A stretch of 64,000 bases of DNA from assembly GCF_006345805.1 (NCBI RefSeq), contig NC_043020.1, positions 9,114,001-9,178,000 on the forward strand. The letters are read 5' to 3'. This DNA is from Octopus sinensis. Its lineage: Eukaryota. Positions 59,231-64,000 of this stretch are shown one piece after another. The position numbers and the translations under genes are program-made. A model generated the notes under the pieces. That model had not been told where the DNA came from, made no database searches, and saw only the letters and a program-made list of their open reading frames with translations. Positions within the stretch are counted from its first letter, which is position 1, and each line of letters opens with the position of its first letter.

Positions 59231-59272
59231 CTGAAAAAATAATATATATATATATATATATACACATATATA

Positions 59273-59501
59273 CAGGGTGGCCCAAAAGTAGGTTTACATT
59301 CATCACGTAGGCATTTTAAATTTCTTTTAAAGCATTTCATTACATTTAAATTTCTATCTTACAAACTGAAAAGGGAGCTTGACAAAATTAGCATAGAATA
59401 ATGGTTTCATATCTTTATTATAATTAAGATCTAAACTGTTAATATATATGAATGCGAAAGAGAGAGTTGAATGACTGTAAACCTGCTTTTGGATCACCCT
59501 G
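59273..59501. mobile_element. Tc1/mariner-type MITE
   Basis: TIRs CAGGGTGGCCCAAAAGTAGGTTTACA / TGTAAACCTGCTTTTGGATCACCCTG; TA on both sides. Confidence 0.88.
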
Positions 59502-59515
59502 TATATATATGTATT

Positions 59516-59772
59516 CACCAGCCTCATCTGGCACCTGTGTCGGTGGCACATAAAAAACACCATCCGAGCGTGGCCGTTCGCCAGCCTCGTCTGGCACATA
59601 AAATCACCCACTACACTCTCGGAGTGGTTGGCGTTAGGAAGGGCATCCAGCTGTAGAAACACTGCCAGATCAGACTGGAGCCTGGTGCAGCCTTCGGGCT
59701 CCCCAGACCCCAGTTGAACCGTCCAACCCATGCTAGCATGGAAAGCGGACGTTAAACGATGATGATGATGAT
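59516..59772 (+). mobile_element. RTE 3' UTR copy ending 19 nt before a protease exon
   Basis: Matches the family; tail ACGATGATGATGATGAT. Confidence 0.9.
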
Positions 59773-59791
59773 AACTCTTTTTGTTTTTCAG

Positions 59792-59931
59792 TGTTTGGTG
59801 AAGAGCCAGATACTCTCCAGACGGCAGAAGTACCACTGATGGACCAAAGCAAATGTGCAGCTTATTTGGCAATCAAGGAACAGCAGATATGTGCTGGTAC
59901 AGAGAAAGCCAACGGTGGAGCTATTTGTGGG
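59792..59931 (+). CDS. S1 serine protease exon (FGEEPDTLQTAEVPLMDQSKCAAYLAIKEQQICAGTEKANGGAICG)
   Basis: tttttcag| and |gtagga; phase 1 to 0; LQ...VP...C...ICAG motif. Confidence 0.95.
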
Positions 59932-60759
59932 GTAGGACATCAGAACTTATTCATGCATTTTATATCGCAAATAACAAAGTCCTTAGTCACAGGTTTCCAG
60001 CGGACCCGTCTGTAATTCATAGCATGTCTGATAGTGAGGATGACAAAACAGGGTCTGTATGTCTGTCACTTGATGTAGAACAAAATACCTGAAGCAGCAC
60101 TTCTCAGCTTCAGCCCTTGACAGTCTTGTATCTATAAATATTAATTTTTCTTTAGGGTGCAGCCCCCTAGAAAAAAATCCAGTCTGGATATTAAAAAGGC
60201 TCAGAGCCACTGATTTAAAGAGACTTTGTTGAGAGTAAAAATCCTGTTTTGTTGGTTTGCCTGTTAAGGGTATATACATTGTTGGTATACAGCACATATA
60301 TATATATATCACACATATATGTATAATATATATATACCGTAACGTTTTGATATTTTATGTAGCTGTCCTATATAGAAAAAATGTTACATTTTAACCCCAA
60401 GAAAATATCTTTTCTGCTGGTATCAAAATGTTATGGTTTAGTACTGTTAGTATATGGGTCTCTTTCAGAGATTTTAAAACTGGCTATCTTATCTTTGGAT
60501 CATCAGAAGTGGAGCTGTATATACTTGTGTGTGTATATATATATATATATATACTTTAGTTAAAAGCAGCAGTCCTGTCCATTGGACAGTTTTGTTAGAG
60601 TCCGATGGGCGGGAATGTGAAACTGAGTAACAGTTTTTGTGATATTTCTGGGTTCAAGTCAAGTGAGTGACACTTTAGGCAAGTGTTTTCTATTACAGCC
60701 TTGGGGTGACCAAAGCCTCCAGACTGGATTTCGGAGGCAGAAACTAAAAAAGCCCATCG

Positions 60760-60803
<44 letters not shown>

Positions 60804-61393
60804 CTTGTGTCTCTTTGTATCTGTGTTTGTTCCTCACCTATGTCTGACAACCGGTGTTGGTGCATTTACACTCCAGTAATTTAGTTGGCCATGGCAGAAT
60901 TTGAACTTAGAACATAGAGATAGATGAAATACCACTAAACATTTTCTTCAGTATGCTAACAATCCTGCCAGCTTGCCACTTCAGTAATAATAATAATAAT
61001 AATAAAAGTGAAGTGGAACCAACATGTGTTTATTATTGGCATAATGACCCTCCCAAGATGTTTCCACCTGATTTAACATCTTACAAGTCAAATACAAAAC
61101 TGAAATATAATGGTTTCAAATTTTGCCAAAAGTTCAGAAGAAGGAGTAAATACATTACATCAACCCCAGTATGCTACTGGTATTTTATTTTATCGACTCC
61201 AAAAGAATGAGAGGCAAAGTTCACCTTGGTTGAATTTAAACTCAGAATGTAAAAACAAACAGAATGCCTCTAAGCGTTTAGCCTGGGACACTAAGGGTTC
61301 TGCTCGCTTGCTGCCTTAGGGAGATATACCATAATTTTTGAAATATTGGTGCTTATGTACTAACCTTTTGTTTTGTGTTTTTCTATTCCACAG

Positions 61394-61552
61394 GGAGACT
61401 CTGGAGGTCCGCTAGTTTGTACAAGTGCTAAAGACGGCAGCAAGGTCCTTGTGGGTATTGCATCTTTTGGCTGGACCTGTACCGAAGGGGTATCAGTTTT
61501 CACACGAGTCTCATATTTCAAAGACTGGATTATAACCAATTTGAGATCTTAG
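61394..61552 (+). CDS. S1 serine protease last coding exon with catalytic Ser (GDSGGPLVC...[26 protein letters not shown]...*)
   Basis: ccacag| acceptor, phase 0, GDSGGP motif, TAG at 61550-61552. Total CDS 765 nt, 254 aa. Confidence 0.97.
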   Translation, partial: GDSGGPLVCTSAKDGSKVLVGIASFGWTCTEGVSVFTRVSYFKDWIITNLRS

Positions 61553-61806
61553 AATTAAGTTGGATTTCAAACCATGTTGAACTACTTGTTTCATTTTGGA
61601 CAACAACAACAACAATAACAATGGTTTTAAATTTTTCCACAAGAGTAGCCATTTTGTGGGAGGGAATGAGTCAATTACATCGACCCTGAAAGGATGAAAG
61701 GCAAAGTCGACCTTGGCGGAATTTGAACTTAGAACATAGTGATGGGCAAAATACTGCTAAGTATTTTGTCCAGTGTGCTAAAGATTCTGCCAGCTCGTCA
61801 CCTTAA

Positions 61807-62012
61807 CCCTTTCATTACTGTATTTATTTTGAGATGTTCTGTGTTTTGTTCAATTAATTTTAAATATAACAAAGAATTTAGTAAAATAATTTAGTTATCA
61901 TTAAGCCACTGTTAGGAACATAAATTGTGACTAAAGTTTGGTGGGAGACTTTAATTCAAAACTTGTGAAAACAAGACATTTGTACTGCAGAGCCGGGTTG
62001 GTATTGAAAGGG
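61807..62012. mobile_element. piggyBac-type MITE (different family)
   Basis: TTAA|CCCTTTCATTAC...GTATTGAAAGGG|TTAA. Confidence 0.8.
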
Positions 62013-62221
62013 TTAAAATAAGTACCAGTTGAACATTGGGGGGGTCGGTGTAAACTCATCGCCTCCCCCGAAAATTGCTGCCCTTGTGGCGAAAAATTTG
62101 AAACCAGTAATAATAAACTTGAATAAATATTGCTATGATGGCCCCTTATCAATTTTTTGTTCAATTCCTGGCACGGATTCATTTTTACAATACTCTGTCT
62201 AATTCTTGATAATTTTTTCAG

Positions 62222-62612
62222 TTCACCATCCGTTCGTGTCCGTTGCCAGCCTTGCTTGGCCCCCGTGCCGGTGACACGTAAAAGCACCATCCGTTTCGTG
62301 GCTGTTTGCCAGCCCTGTCTGGCCCCCGTGTCGGTGGCACGTAAAAGCACCATCCGTTCGTCAGCCTCGCCTGGCCCCTGTGCCGGTGACACGTAAAAGC
62401 ACCATCCGTTTGCCAGCTCTGTCTGGCACCTGTGCAAGTGGCACGTAAAAAGCACCCACTACACTCACGGAGTGGTTGGCATTAAGAAGGGCATCCAGCC
62501 GTAGAAACACTGCCAGATTTGACTGGGCCTGATGAAGCCTTCTGGCTTGACAGACCCCAGTTGAACCGTCCAACCCATGCTAGCATGGAAAACAGACGCT
62601 AAATGATGATGG
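62222..62612 (+). mobile_element. RTE 3' UTR copy with 54-62-bp units
   Basis: Repeated CACGTAAAAGCACCATCCGTT core and family terminus. Confidence 0.88.
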
Positions 62613-63124
62613 TCAAATAAGCATGAATAGCAATCAACATTGTTTAGAGCTTCCAAGACAAATGGAAGGATCCAAACCTCATTAAATTGGATCTATCTTC
62701 CATATAAAACTATATTCCGAGTTCAGTTCTAGGTTAGCACCTCTCAAAGACAGAATTAGATTTTGGGTTTAGGGTTCTATAGAAGCAGCAATTTCTTCAA
62801 AAAAATTTCAGTATAAACTTTTGGAAAATATGCTCAAAAAGGAAACAAAAACTATTCTGTGAATCTTCTCAGCTGCAAAAGCCTTTGTATCAATGATGGA
62901 AGTATTTTCTTACGGTTTTGCTGAATTCACAAAACTGACTTCAGGGAATAAAATGACACAGCTGCACACATAAGTCTGTCTTCAGTTTATTTCTCCATAA
63001 GGAATCAAGAGGGCACTGCTTTCAGTACTGACCAGTTCTATACTACATACACACATGCGCGTTGGTAATCACCTACATGCTTTTTTATTACATACCACTA
63101 AATTGAAGGAAATAATCTTATTCC

Positions 63125-63290
63125 CTCTTTAGAGACATCAGATCTTATGAAACGATGAAAATGACTTGATGTCTCTAAAGTGTACAAAAATTTTATTCCC
63201 ACTTTAGAGACATCAGATCTTATGAAATGATGAAAATGACTTGATGTCTCTAAAGTGTCCAAAAATTGTATTCCCACTTTAGTGACATCA
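63125..63290. repeat. 75-bp tandem repeat x about 2.2, each unit containing a 15-bp-stem hairpin
   Basis: AG(A/T)GACATCA at 63131, 63206 and 63281; ACTTTAGAGACATCA / TGATGTCTCTAAAGT. Confidence 0.9.
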
Positions 63291-63351
63291 TATCATGGAT
63301 GACCTGTGTCAAATTTGATAAAATCATCATCCACACACAGATGGGATGTAT

Positions 63352-63705
63352 TCTTTTACTTGTTTCAGTCATTTGATTGCGGCCATGCTGGAGCACCGCC
63401 TTTAGTCGAGCAACTCGACCCCGGGACTTATTCTATCGGTCCCTTTTTGCCGCTAAGTGACGGGGACGTAAACACACCAGCATCGGTTGTCAAGCAATGC
63501 TAGGGGAACAAACATATATATATATATATATATACATATATACAACAGGCTTCTATCAGTTTCCATCTACCAAATCCACTCACAAGGCATTGGTTGGCCC
63601 GGGGCTATAGCAGAAGACATTTGCCCAAGATGCCACGCAGTGGGACTGAACCCGGAACCATGTGGTTGGTTAGCAAGCTACTTACCACACAGCCACTCCA
63701 GCGCC
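63352..63705 (-). mobile_element. SINE-A
   Basis: Same consensus with a small internal deletion. Confidence 0.88.
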
Positions 63706-64000
63706 TGTAAAGAATTTTTTTTTAATAACTCATTTGAGAATTGCCCCTTTTTCTTATAGGTACACTAAACATTGTGTACAAAATGTATGAATTCAACGTG
63801 ACCCTACGCATGCCTCACCAAAATATTACCATGCCCCATGTCGGGAATCACAGAGTTAGATCTTAAATTAAAAAAAAAAACAAAAAACAAAAACAAATAG
63901 AGCAAAGTGTTTTCCTGACTCTCTAGGTGAGCAATTTTGTGGTGAGGGGGCAGTTGATTACATTGACTCTAGTACTTGATGGGTACTTTATCAGCCCCTA

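Noticed and set aside
55349-59772. RTE bracketed by inverted 3' UTR copies, resembling a TIR element
   Set aside because: No TSD around the whole unit, and a MITE plus (TA)n separates the two parts; best explained as independent insertions.

Overview
Eukaryotic, AT-rich, microsatellite- and transposon-dense genomic DNA. The repeat families and gene architecture point to an octopus (coleoid cephalopod); this is inferred, not database-confirmed. Two + strand genes can be reconstructed exon by exon. (1) The 3' part of an RNF19A/B-type RBR E3 ubiquitin ligase: six exons from 5861 to the stop at 17074, with the RING/IBR exons upstream of the window. (2) A complete secreted S1 (chymotrypsin-fold) serine protease: six coding exons from 41546 to 61552, 254 aa, intact His/Asp/Ser triad, non-trypsin S1 pocket. 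The rest is repeats: a near-full-length antisense RTE LINE with a PHD-type finger inserted after the RT core, many RTE and CR1 3' fragments, a decayed mariner transposase, Penelope-like RT fragments in a large inverted duplication, several tRNA-derived SINE families, Tc1/mariner and piggyBac MITEs, and minisatellites. The most interesting unannotated layer is a set of minimal type I hammerhead ribozymes. These are an intact one in a ~260-bp rod-folding element that also carries a tRNA-like T-arm (retrozyme-like, 34352-34611), an intact one locked in a 274-bp palindrome inside a protease intron (52331-52604), a dispersed ~420-bp element carrying two hammerheads in tandem (two copies), and a core-variant hammerhead at ~31600. 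All structures were read by eye; no folding program or database search was run.
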